Counted from the first letter of the whole stretch, positions 11,679 through 24,290 are shown. The stretch: DNA of 63,866 nt, filler included, from Choristocarpus tenellus KU-1152 (GCA_964200185.2; 12 parts of 12 records of this genome joined end to end with filler, not necessarily neighbours in it), one strand, 5' to 3'. Notes: a model not told the origin generated them from the sequence alone. Numbers and translations are program-made.

Positions 11679-13155
11679 TGTGCCATAGAGGCTGGTAGTT
11701 TATAGGTTGGGTATTTGGTAACCAGTATTACGTAACAGAAATGTTGACTTATGGGAACAAATGTCAATCACTTGTGTCAGTACGTTTAGACTAATAGATT
11801 CGAACCTCGATGGGTTCATTTGTTGTTGCTCCTTCATGAAAGTGACTGACACAAGACGACTGACGCTGCTACCTGACGCAGAACTAACATACTACCAGTG
11901 ACACAGAATAAGCGACGTAGTACCAGTAACGCAGAACGAGTGACGTAGTGCGACTGACACAGACACGATCTGATGTGTCTGCTGACGTGCGCAATAGATA
12001 ACGAGGCAGAGCACACCCCCACCTCGAGGGATGGTGCTCACTCCACTAATAAATCCATTCATATCACATAAAGCAAAAACTCTATTTGAACAGCTCTTTT
12101 TGCACAGGTTACGAGCCTCACAGGTATGGAAGCGGACCCACGTAAGCTGCCACGATGGAGTGGTGCGCGAGGGCATACAAGGGAGAAGAATGGCGGATGG
12201 CGCTGGTGAGCTATGTGAGCGGCAAGGGACTGTACCACATCCTCCAACCAGCATACCATATCCCTGCACCTCCTCCGGCTGATATATCATTTGGGGAACG
12301 CAGTGCGTACGAGAAGTACGTCAAAGGTCGCGAGGCCTTGTAGTTCCTGCTGGGCCAGGTCATGAGGGGGGCTGCAGCGATGGTGGTCAGCATCCACGAA
12401 AATAACGGCAGCCCCGACAGGAGGGCAGCCTGGCTCGAGTTGGAGCAGCTATGGTGGGTGCGCTGCAGTCCAGCGGCCCATGCAGATCATAGCTCTTGAG
12501 ATGAAGCTGCGCAACATCTACTGCTCGTCGGTGGATGACGCTGCCAACTTTGTCATTCGTCTCGATCATGTCTGGACAGAGTACCGGCAGTTGGAAGCGG
12601 CCAAGGAGGACCACGCCAAGAAGGGGGCTCTGATCACCGGTATCAGAGACAGCATGCCACAGGTGTTTGCACAGCTGTCCACAGCTCCAGACCTCACCTA
12701 CGACCAACTCAAAAACGTCATCATCTCCTCCTCTTCATACATGACCATGGAGGTCACGGGGGAAACGATTAGGAGCCCGGGGGCTATGGCGCTCCACACA
12801 GGTGGAGGGACACCGACAGGGAGACAGGGGTCAGGGAGCGGCCTCGGTTCGAACCAATGTGCTTTCTGTCTCAAATTCAACCACAGATGGAAAGAATACC
12901 ACTCATACCTGGCTGGCAAAACTCCTGCTAAGCACTCCCGCGGGCTTGGGGCGGCGCGCAAGTTTCCACCACCACCAACCAACCAGGGACCGGAGCAGCA
13001 GTGGCGGAGGCTGTGGCAAGGCTCATCGCTAGGGCTCATCGCGGGCGTTCCTAGCCATGAACGTGTCTGTAGGAGAGGACGTATACAACAGGATGGTCGA
13101 GGCAGCGCTCCTGTCCTCATCTCAAGATCTGTCCAAGACCATCAGCCTACTGTGC
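11679..13155 (+). mobile_element. Ty1/Copia element A, right copy: LTR 11679-12106, PBS 12107-12117, decayed gag, start of protease
   Basis: LTR TGTGC...GCACA; PBS GGTTACGAGCC (copia-type); gag ORF from 12480 with CAFCLKFNHRWKEY; truncated by contig end. Confidence 0.88.
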
Positions 13156-13255
13156 NNNNNNNNNNNNNNNNNNNNNNNNNNNNNNNNNNNNNNNNNNNNT
13201 TAATTAATTAANNNNNNNNNNNNNNNNNNNNNNNNNNNNNNNNNNNNNNNNNNNN
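13156..13255. other. Artificial contig linker
   Basis: N44-TTAATTAATTAA-N44. Confidence 0.98.
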
Positions 13256-15559
13256 CACTCTGAGGTTTTCAACATACACATCATGCCTCAGTCTCATCTT
13301 TCACTTCCTTTCTGAACCTCATGTCTGGTGGTTCTCATCACCCCCATCGCACAGAACCAGGTCCCATTATATATATTTTTCTTTTAACTTCTCCTATGTC
13401 GTTCTTCACTTCCACAACTAAAAAAAAGAAAACCTCAAAGAAACACAACTCTTTCTTGTGGTTCTTGTATTTACTACGATGTAGAGATGTAGAGATCGTA
13501 TATTATTATTCCTCTTCTGTGACATTTTCCAGATGTGTTAGGGAAATACCAAAGCAATAGTCCAAAAAATACATCTCGCATATCGCATATGACAGGTTGA
13601 GTGTTGTTGTGCCTACAAGTTCAAAGTCGCACAAATAATTTCTGTTGGTTAATTGATCTTGTACACGATCCATCTCTTGTCTCCACTTTCCCTTAATTTT
13701 CCGTCCTTCAAAACGTCACCTCAGGCAAATGGAACACTATCAGAGGTCATTCATACCCACCCACCTATACATACAACTCATGTGATTTTCTTTTCTTGAT
13801 AATCGACACCAAATGTCTTCAAATTAGCGTGGATTACTCTGTCACTATCCTATTCCACCAACTCCCAATTTAGTATGGTGTCTTGAATGATATTTTTCGC
13901 TATTTTCTTTCCTTCTTCCTTCAGTCCAAACTTACCTGCTACTCTTCCAGTCTATACTTCAAAACCGCTGTTAGGGATCGTTGGATTCTTCCTGAAAGAT
14001 TCAGTTCAAAGAAGGAGGAACATTGGTAGAAATGAAGAGATATGTTTTATTCCAAATTTAGATTGGAAGAGTAACATCTACATGACTACGTAACTGATAT
14101 TGTTTTTTTTGGCTATTGACGTACTTTTGTGACTGTGAAGAAACGTATCTTCCTGACGTACATTTCTCCTTCATTATAAAAAAGAAAAAAGACGATCATA
14201 CTTGTTTATTGGCAAGGTACATGCACAAAATGACAGCAATAGGGTATCACAAATTAGAGTTCCAAACTTTCGAACTTTTGTGACTAGTACAGGCAAGTTT
14301 TGAGTTGGGTGGTGGTGCGGGTGCAGTCAGACTCCTCTAGCTACGGTTCTGTCCCCCTGCGAGATGATCTAGTGGTGATGGAGTTGATGGGTGACTTTTA
14401 AACAATTTCTCTCGGTTAGGAAACAACACAGCAGGTGGGTTGTAGACGTTAGACGTTATTTGAGTGGCGTAATTCGTAAATATGTGGCACAATACGTAGC
14501 GATGAGAGCAGAGCTCTAGACCTACCTTGGAATTCCCATTGTACGATGTTCCTCACGTATTACGTCCTTTTCGAAACCGGGAAATTGATACTATTTTCGT
14601 TGTGCGTCTGAAAAAAAGCTTCGCGACGTACCTGTCAACATCTGCACCCTTCTTCAGGGCGGCGTTGATTAGTAGTGGAATTGGTGGTTGTTGGAGCTGT
14701 GTTGTACCGTGCTACCGGTGAGTAAGGCGAGTAAGAAATTAATCTCGAGGTTTCTCATGTTGAAGACACTTTTTTTAGTCATTGTCCAAGCCGCTAACAT
14801 CTCTTGGAAATTAGTTGGAATCATGTATGTGAGAGATATACTTATTCGAGAGTGGGGTTTTGTTTTATTGACCAAACGATGACAGAACTGTGTATTATGT
14901 CAACTAGGACCTATTTTCATTTGCCAGCTTTTGTGATAAACAAAGGGCAGGGTGCGAGGCAACAGTTGGAGCACCTATGGATTGATTCAAATTGCGCCCC
15001 TTTCATCGAAGTAGCACGATATTGGGTATTTTGCCTGGAGTATCATGGACTACCCTAATACTGCAACCCATTTAGATCAGTGGCAAGGAGCGTAGCCTTC
15101 GGAATATGGACACACCCAATATTCGTATGTTTGCTCATGGTCAATCCAGCACACTTGGAGACAACTTAGAAATCCAATTGCTGCTGTTGCAGTGTTTCCG
15201 TGCCCGTGGCAGGGCAGGTTTCCTGAGGAAAGGGCCTCCTGCATTGGAGAAGGGAGCGTGGCCAAGCGTTTGGGTGGGAGGAGAGGACAAAGGTGGAAGA
15301 CACGGAGCAGGTTTGGGACAGCTGTTTGTTGACATTTCTAACGGAGGGGGAGGACCGAAAGGAAGTAATAACTGGAGAAGAAAGAGGGGAAATAGAGGAA
15401 GGGGCCCACAAGAAGGATGCTGGAAGAGAAGGCTCCGCCACCTTCCCGCATCTCATCGGCACAGGATATGGACTTGTGGACTGCAGCGTTTGCTGGTGCC
15501 CTACATAGAGTGCAGGACTGTGTTAAGGTGTGTTGGATTTGGGTAAATTGTGGCAGGAT

Positions 15560-16800
15560 CTTTGAGCAGCCACGTGTAGACCTCTATGCTTGTTGATTGG
15601 TTTGTGTAGTGTGTGGTCAGAGTTACTTGGTACATTATATAGTACAGACCACGGTAGTTGTAGAAAAATACGTATCATTTATGATTTATTGAGGAACTTC
15701 CATTGCATTGAGTGGAACCTGCAATATAACTGTGCCGTAGGTATTTTACATCAGTGGATAGGAATTAATTAGTTGTAGCACTTCTCCTTCTTGGTAGGGT
15801 TTTAGGATACTTTTTCTATCTGCAGGTTGGTTTGATCTATATACATTGTTTGTATTGATTAGGAGAAGCTTGGTTTATCTAAATGCAGATTGACTTTGAT
15901 GCAAAGAAGATTTGTGTTGCAGTATTTTAATCTAAAGAACAGAAGAGCTTATGGTGACATAGTGGTTGCTTCCAATTAACATTCATTTTGATTCCTGTCA
16001 AGAATATTGATATCATACAAGTGAATGTAACATCAAGATTTGAAGCAAGTGTTTGGAGGCTTGGATGCAGTGCTTTCGGATAAGTTACAAAATTGTACAA
16101 AGGGGTACATATAAAGGAAATTCCGTTGGGGTTATACTGTGTACCCTGCATATGTAATTTTGCTACCCTGAACTCACTGTTAGCATTTATATTGAAGCGA
16201 GATATTAACAACAGGTTTATGAGACAAGGTGTTCCATATTCCCAAGCTCACAGATTTGTTTAGATATTCTCACCGAATTTGGTCTGTTTCTCAAGTTATC
16301 CTGATGGAGTGATTAATGATGACTCTTGATGTAAGCAAATCTCAACTTTTTGTTTGGCTCCTGAGCACAGGATGATACGATATGATATGATATGATATGA
16401 TTGGGATATTTTTTTCCGGTTGATGATAGATACTCCTTAAAGCATACCATTGCGCCAAAGACTTGGGAGGCGTCCCCATGGAACCCTCCACATTCTTATC
16501 AACAACTTGCTGGGTTATATGTGGGGAGATCGATGAACAAATGGCCTTGAAATCTTCTATTGTTTGTTAAATGAAGGGGATTGGTAGGATACATGTTCAG
16601 CGCTGATTCAAAAATCTACACTTAGGAGTTTTGTGGCAGGCTTTGTGTTTCACTGTCTGTGAAGGTTCTAGAATTCGAAGGAGAAAAAGTCTATCCGCAG
16701 AAAGGCCATTTGCAGTGGGGATATGGATGCGATCTCTCCAATCCGGGAGATGCATAGTGCTGTATCTACTGTTAGTGGTTGGGAACAAAATAGGCTGCAC
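15560..16800 (-). mobile_element. Heavily decayed Penelope-like retroelement (RT plus GIY-YIG)
   Basis: Colinear remnants on minus strand across frameshifts: DF-ES..YPTNP (DxxSLYTNIP-like), GSMGTP, SYHP, FVTYPKAL, TTTVVCTI*CTK, SDHTLHKPINKHR; boundaries approximate. Confidence 0.5.
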
Positions 16801-17685
16801 AGTATCATTTGCATTTGTCGAAAGATACACACATGTTGGTAAATCATTTTTTGGCCCTGCACTTGCTGAAGTCATTTTGGCAAATATCGACTTTTGGTGG
16901 GTGGTCTGACCCACTGGAACAGGAACAATATTTGGTAGAGTGCGACCAAGAAGACACTTCCTGAAAGGTATTACACATAGTGCTCCCCCCAAAAGTGTCA
17001 CTTGGATCCTTGGGTGGGGAGCTGGGTAGTATAGTTCCAAGTTGATGTGGTTGTTTCTTGGTGGACACACTTCGCATATGCCGGGTATTCTCACACACAC
17101 AGTGCAAGAGGGTTCTCTGTAAATGGTAAATGGTGCCAAAAGAGTGCCAATAAGAGTGCTTACATCATGACTCGGTCTGGTCCTCTCTGGGCTTGATGTT
17201 GAGTGGTAACAGCATTGTGTTGAGTTTTAGAACCATTTCGGGACGCCCTTCAATTTCCAGAATGTTCCCTTCCTTTACCTCAGGGTCCAAGTGTCCATCT
17301 GACCCTGATAACTCTAGCTTGCACTGTCCACCCCAAAGGAGTGGTGGTATGCTTGGGGCATGGGGGAATGCTTCATGAATTTTATGCTGGGGTGCACCCC
17401 CATCTCTCAAAGCAATTTTGTTGTGAGGAAATCTGATACCCAACATATTGCCCCTTGAAGTGGTCCCGTTTTCTTTCGAGATGAGCTTGTGTCTTGGATA
17501 CACACGTAGATGAGGACTTCTTGGTGTAGATGTGTTTGTGTTCCATGTGTGTACAAGGTGCCGATGTAGTACTTTTGAACCACTACTACCGAAGTATGCT
17601 CATCTCACTTTGTATCGATCAGGGTTAGGGTTGAGTCTGTATTGCGTGTGTGTACACCACCGTCTTATGTGAAGAATTTTTGACA

Positions 17686-17725
<40 letters not shown>

Positions 17726-18697
17726 TTTATTTGTTCCTTCCTCTGGTTGCATCAACTTCTGGCGTTTGGATTTTTTTTTGATGTATGTTTGTGTGAGAAT
17801 TTCGTAAGGGTAATGCTGTCGTTGGATATCACTCTAAAAGATAAGAATGATTTGAACAGTTTGTTCTCATCAGCAGTGGGTGGAAGCGAGTGGGTTACAA
17901 GAATGGTGGCACTGAAGGTATATTTAATAGTTTGCTGAATCCGATCCTGAGGCTGCCAAGCTAGATGTGCCGAGGCGTTTTCTGCCTGATCGAGGATTAG
18001 GGTCACCTACCTGAACCCTAGCCCTAACTGACCTTTTGGGATTTTCACAGGCTGTATCACCTCTACTGTAAAAAGAGGGTCGTCACAAGAGGGTAGAGTT
18101 TCAGCATGATGTCAAAAAAGCATCACGCCTGCCAAGACCAAACACAGAAACGGGCAGCAGTGAGTCTGTTGGTTATGAGGGATACTCTCAAGAAACCTCG
18201 ACTTAGTGGCAGATTTTGGTGATAACAAAAGCAAGCAGCTCATGGTGCAGGCCTCCATGAGATGCAGCAAACTGTGTTGTTTGAAGTAGAAGTGATGCGA
18301 CCTTGCTCTAGTTGTGGAGTAATCACAGTTGGCAGCCCAACGGAACGTCATGGTCCTCTTTGTCAGCGTTCGCCAAACCATTTTTTTTTATTTTTGCCTT
18401 CGTTGTTATTGTTAATATTGCTAATATTGTTACCATTATATTATTATTATTGTCGTTGTTATTGTTAATATTGCTAATATTGTTACCATTATTATTTCAA
18501 TTATCTTTACCTCCTTTATTGTTGGTAGTATTACTACTAATATTAATATAATTTTGACTCTTGTAGGTATTGCTTGTAGGTATTGATATTATTTTTACTA
18601 TCTTTACTATTATATTTGATTATTATTATTATTGCTGTGAAGTGCGAGAGAGACACAAGTGGCCCTCGCCTATGATATCGATCCGTTACGGTGCGTG

Positions 18698-19028
18698 CAC
18701 CTTTAGGAGTAATAGCTTTAGGAGTAATACCTTTAGGAGTAATAGCTTTAGGAGTAATACCTTTAGGAGTAATAGCTTTAGGAGTAATACCTTTAGGAGT
18801 AATAGCTTTAGGAGTAATAGCTTTAGGAGTAATAGCTTTAGGAGTAATACCTTTAGGAGTAATACCTCTAGGAGTAATACCTTTAGGAGTAATACCTCTA
18901 GGAGTAATACCTTTAGGAGTAATAGCTCTAGGAGTAATACCTTTAGGAGTAATAGCTCTAGGAGTAATACCTTTAGGAGTAATAGCTCTAGGAGTAATAC
19001 CTTTAGGAGTAATACGTTTAGGAGTAAG
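18698..19028. repeat. 15-bp minisatellite, about 22 units
   Basis: Unit (C/G)CT(T/C)TAGGAGTAATA; explains four overlapping repetitive ORFs. Confidence 0.97.
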
Positions 19029-20216
19029 ACTGATGAGGTTCTCCAGGTCGCCAGTGGTTGTGGGGTGTTCAACATCGTGAAATGGTAGTAAAGGAGCGCA
19101 AGGGAGAGGGTGTTGGGCGGAAGCAGTGCCAGCCGTCAAAATGTGTCTGCTGACTCTCCCATAATTTTTTTGTGTGGGAAAATTGCGATTTAATCCTAAG
19201 CTTGTGTGATATTTTCAACATCATCTCCTGATCTTGCATCATCCATGTCACGTCTGTGTAGTAGTAGTACCTCACCACTATAGCAGTGCTGTATTTTTGG
19301 TGGTGTGTGATGGAGTGTCTAACTACTCCACTGTATCAAAGATTTGTTCAAGATTTGAATCGACCATGATACTTCATGATACTTCATGATACTTCCTGGC
19401 AAAGTACCGTGGGAGTACCGCTACTTTTCACTTTGTTTTACCGTACATTTTTTTTTACATGTTGGACCAGGTCACCAAATCCAGAGGGGTGACTGGAATG
19501 GAGATGCTTGTTTCAACTCCTCAATACTCATCTTTATCAGACGGATTTGGCATTGACCACATGTTGTCAACAAACTGACTGACTCTAGCAGGACAGTCAG
19601 AGTTTGGAGGTCATTTGTTCAACTTTGATTGAGTATTTGCTTCCATCTAATGGAGCATCTACTATTTTTTTGCATACATTGTGTTTTGGACCATTTTTCG
19701 TACAACACACTGTGTCAATTTGTACAACAACCTATGTCAATTGGTGCAATTCCACAGGATGGTATGACCAGGTAACAGTAAGCTCGATTTGGCAACATTT
19801 TTTCTCAAGTCAGGGCAACAATAATCTACCTCATGTTATGTGGGTGCTCTCTGTAATGGGGTGCTCAACGCTGCGTCAATTTTTTCACAGGATATTAATA
19901 TCAATACGATGCATGATATGTCATCATATTTAGGTACCTCCTTACCATCAAGGCACTAAACCTCTGTGAGAATAGTTACATTAGTGCCACAAAGGTACTT
20001 CAACACCCCGATCAAGTCAGAGGCCAGAGCGCTGCCCTACTTACCTTGATGGGCTGTGATCAATCAACAACGGTCTCATCGCGGGATGAACGAAGAATGC
20101 CTTTGACAATCCCCCACTACCATGTCTGTACGAGTTGAACAAGGGCATGTGTGAAGCATCATGTGAAGGTGGGAATGCTGATGCGGTGACAGTTGGATTC
20201 CTAGTGAAGCATTAAG

Positions 20217-20480
20217 AACCATTGTTGAGACCTTGGAAGGGTCACAATCCATCAACCATTTTTGAGACCTTGGAAGGGTCATAAACCATGAACCGTTGTG
20301 GAGACCTTGGAAGCATCATAATCCGTCAACCATTGTTGAGACCTTGTAAGGGTCACAATCCATCAACCGTTTTTGAGACCTTGGAAGGGTCATAATCCAT
20401 CAACCGTTGTGGAGACCTTGGAAGCATCATAATCCGTCAACCATTGTTGAGACCTTGTAAGGGTCACAATCCGTCAACCA
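20217..20480. repeat. 37-bp minisatellite, 7 units, 111-bp higher-order period
   Basis: AACCATTGTTGAGACCTTGGAAGGGTCACAATCCATC and variants ordered 1-2-3-1-2-3-1. Confidence 0.95.
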
Positions 20481-20522
20481 CGGTTTTGTTGTGATAAAGA
20501 AATTCATGAGTGAGTCAGGGTC

Positions 20523-20625
20523 GTTATTATTATTATTATTGTTATTATTGTTGTTGTTGTTATTGTTATTATTATTGTTGTTGTTATTGTTCTCATTATT
20601 GTTCTTATTATTGTTATTATTGTTG

Positions 20626-20669
<44 letters not shown>

Positions 20670-20678
20670 GTTGTTGTT
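20523..20678. repeat. (TTA/TTG)n microsatellite
   Basis: Direct inspection. Confidence 0.97.
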
Positions 20679-21800
20679 TGTGCAGGTATGCCAATGGGAC
20701 AGGCAGACCACGGTGCACAAGAGTTGTTTGAGACTCCTCTGGTGATGTCTGTATACAAATCTCAAGTTACCCTTATTAAGTGTCAAACCCATGTCCTTTT
20801 ATCCCTCTGGAGGCGTATGCTTGAGGTGTGCCACTCTTATCAGGGGGACTACATGCCCCAACGTGGTGGCGGTAACCCAACATATATTTTGCGTAGGTCT
20901 GGAAGGGTTGTGTGTGTATGTATGTCTGTGTGAGGGCTGTATGGAGTATGCTCGTTGTGCTCTTTGATTCTTGATTTCTTTTTTTTATTGGATTTTTTTT
21001 TTTATCAGCTCTTATTCGGTCGATATAACGACGCCTCTTGATGAGAATTTTTTAGGAGTCGATGAGGACCCGTGATGTTCAGGTTGAAGGCTGGGTTTTG
21101 TCACAGTAGTGAGCTGGGAGATGATAAATTGGAAGGTAAAGTGTCAAGAATGCGGACAAGAACCGAATCGGATCTTCCCCCCCCCCCCCGGTTGAATGAA
21201 TCCATCTCAAGCTTTGATTCTAAGAAGACGACTTTTCTTACCCGAGTTGAGCGAGATAGTGCGCGAGCAAACGCACGAGGTTGTACGCTTTCACCGGTGC
21301 ATTTTTTTTTTACACAGTTGAATAAAAGTATATCTTGATCGTTGTTTTTTCTTGTCATTGCGCTACCGGCCCTGCTTCCTTCATGTCGCTCTTCTCCTCT
21401 CCTATCTTCAGAGTTGAGTCCGGTCTGTTGTTTTTCCTTTAAAGTGCAAACCATTATCTATGGGGGGAGGGGGGGGGGTGGAACTATTGCCTCCAAACTC
21501 CAAACTCCAAACTCCAAACTCAACAATGATTTATTCTGAGTGTAGACTCGGCCTATTGAATTGTTGATTGAATTGATTGAGTCTTAGGCTGCTTCTGTAG
21601 GGTTGACTGGGGCTTTGTCGATGCTTGCAGTTGATCCTGAAGAATTTGTTCTGAACGTTGTCAAGTCAGGCTTGCAGAGCCCCAGTCTATGATATTGTTG
21701 AGGTGTTGTGAGACACAATACCACTGACAACACCTAAGCATTGCTCTTTTGCAAGGGTCCAGTCAGCGCCTTGGCGACCCAGCGATATTTCAAAATCTCG

Positions 21801-21847
21801 AAGAAGTGTTGAGAGAAGTGTTGAGAGAAGTGTTGAGAGAAGTGTTG
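21801..21847. repeat. 12-bp tandem repeat, about 4 units
   Basis: GAGAAGTGTTGA repeated. Confidence 0.9.
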
Positions 21848-22613
21848 ACCGGATACGCCTTTCTTAGCAATTACTAGACAGCAGAACAGATATCTCTTCA
21901 ATTCGGTAGTGTGTGTACAGTTACTGTACAGTTCATTTTTTGAAATGACATTTTTATTTTTTGTGGGGTTCTTTTTCTTAGCTGTGCAAGCAACCAACCT
22001 TAGGGGATGATCGTACCCCATCTTACTCCCAGAATTCTCATTTTTGGTTTCCTAGTTAGGGAAAATCGTAACATTGAAGTATGTACAAAACAGATTGGTT
22101 TTAGTCTTAGTCACAATTGGTTACTGACACCGACGATACTACTCAACCTTTGTTTGCAGAGGATACATTTCATCGCTGTGTGATGATTGGCAGAATACAC
22201 TCAACGCCTTCGCCCTAGAGCGCCCGCAAGATGAGGGTGTTCTGATACCCTTGGCAGTTGAACCAATGACCTAAAAGGGTGAATCAGAATTCACGTGGCT
22301 CAAGAACGGGTGTATTTTTTTGGTTACCCATTGGGGTACAATCACATGCGCAGGAAAAGGAAAGGTGGCTGTTGATATACCTATAGAAGTATAACTGTAT
22401 CGATACAACTCTTTTTCTACCCTCTCCAGATTTTATTTGGATGAGACAGAGTTTTATCTTTTTTTTTTTTAAAGGATGAGGAAATGTACGTGCTAGAGCT
22501 CTATGCACTGGTATGTATTTTAATTTTAATTTTTCCTGGGAGTGTTTTTTAATTTGATTTTTTTTTTGTGGAAAGGTTTGAAGTCCGTCTCCTTAGTTAG
22601 GCCTGGAAGAGCT

Positions 22614-22636
22614 GGGTTAGGGTTAGGGTTAGGGTT
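22614..22636 (+). repeat. Interstitial telomere-like (TTAGGG)n
   Basis: GGGTTAGGGTTAGGGTTAGGGTT; shorter runs near 1965, 17620, 23910 and (reverse) 39372. Confidence 0.8.
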
Positions 22637-22818
22637 TGCCCCAAATAGATCCAAGTTGTCAAACTTACTAGAAAGAAAAGAAAGGCAACAGTCCACCCTG
22701 CTCTCCCAGTTTGTCCATTAGGTGTACTTCAGAAAAGTGAGTTGAGTACAGTGTTAGACATAGTTTGTCGGCATTGGGTGCTGTGAAAATACACCTTTTT
22801 TAGGATGATGAAAGGTAG

Positions 22819-23062
22819 CTACTACTACTGCTACTACTACTACTACTACTACTACTACTGTTACTACTACTACTACTATTACTAATGCTGCTACTACTAC
22901 TATTACTACTACTACTACTACTACTATTATTACTGCTACTACTACTACTATTACTAATGCTGCTACTACTACTATTACTAATGCTACTACTACTACTACT
23001 ACTGTTACTACTACTACTACTACTACTACTGTTACTACTACTACTACTGTTACTACTACTAT
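22819..23062. repeat. (CTA)n imperfect microsatellite
   Basis: Direct inspection. Confidence 0.97.
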
Positions 23063-23508
23063 AGGGCACAGCGTACAGTGTTGGAGGGAAGAGGTGCAAT
23101 CACTTTGAATGTGTTCTGGAAACTGAGAGGAGGAAGAGGTGCAGTCGAGGGGGAAAGGCAAAGAGAAAACATATTTGATGGTGCCTGATGAGGTAAGGCA
23201 AAAACGCCTGCGTGGATGCACAGCTCGGTGGGAGTTAAACATATGACACGATGGCGTTTTGTGATGGTGCGATTGATATCGTGATGCGCCGGCTCTTTCT
23301 TGTCTTGTGTTGCACTTGAAAATCAGCAAGGTCAAGGCAACAAGGAAAGGAGAACAAGCTCCCAGTGCACAGAGGGTGAACAGTAATGTCAGCCTCACAG
23401 TGCAATATTGAAATAGGATCACTTTTGCCATTATTTTCTGGCTGAGTTTACGCTTTGATGTGTTTGAACACAGATAATGGGGATAGCTCTTGGTGGGAGG
23501 AAAATATT

Positions 23509-23774
23509 GAGTGAAGGTATCTTAGAGAGTAAGAACTTTACACTCTTTGTCCGTATGGGGATTGGCTTCCCACGTGTTTTTTAAATGACATTTTACCTAC
23601 TCTGAAGTGTTTCAGAGTAGGTAAAATGTATACGTTATGAAAAGGTGTGTCCGGAACAAGGATGTTGACACTTCCTAACAAACACGATAGCCAAAATTAC
23701 ATCAAAATCGAAACGTTGGATTTTGGCCCCCCAAACGGACGCGGCTCTACCCTAACCCTAAGATACTTTGAATA
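23509..23774 (+). mobile_element. MITE family A, full-length copy, TSD TATT
   Basis: TATT|GAGTGAAGGTATCTTAGAG ... AAGATACTTTGAATA|TATT; right tip degenerate. Confidence 0.9.
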
Positions 23775-24140
23775 TATTGTCAAATTACATTCTACTGCAC
23801 TTCTGGGAAAAAGTGGAATGGTCGCTACAAGTATTGGGAACATTACTTCGGGATGGTGTTGGCGATATATTGATAGTAGGTTAGTTTAGGATCAACTTGA
23901 TGTTGGGATTAGGGTTAGGGTTTCGAGGTTGGACACGGTGGGGCACAGAGTATACTTGGGTTAGTTATAGTTAGTACATGCCTGGACAGGTAGTACCTGA
24001 TGACATTTTTGTAAAGTTTTATAGTGTATTGCATGTTGTGTTCGAATGTGATAGTGCAGGCTATACAGGTATTACAGGAATTTATTGAGGGTTTAATGAT
24101 CCGCTTTTATGTATGTGGCATTCAAACTGCAGCGGCTTAT

Positions 24141-24290
24141 TACTTCATTTATAGGTGAATGTGGCTTACTTCATTTATAGGTAAATGTGGCTTACTTCAT
24201 TTATAGGTGATTGTGGCTTACTTCATTTATAGGTGAATGCGGCTTACTTCATTTATAGGTGAATGTGGCTTACTTCATTTATAGGTGAAT
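24141..24290. repeat. 26-bp minisatellite, about 6 units
   Basis: GGCTTACTTCATTTATAGGTGAATGT. Confidence 0.95.

Noticed and set aside
10061-12106. Single 2-kb giant LTR bounded by TGTGCAA...TTGCACA
   Set aside because: More simply two outward-facing LTR 3' ends; a normal TGTGC...GCACA LTR already exists at 11679-12106
4594-13155. DIRS-type element with inverted terminal repeats
   Set aside because: Protease, PBS and RT-start motifs are Copia-type; no tyrosine recombinase seen
20217-20480. CRISPR array (37-bp partly palindromic repeat)
   Set aside because: Units are contiguous with no unique spacers, there are no cas genes, and the context is eukaryotic; the same applies to the 17-, 26- and 51-bp arrays
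20427-23431. Poly-N/L/V/S/Y ORFs as membrane or low-complexity proteins
   Set aside because: Produced by trinucleotide microsatellites; no splice or domain support
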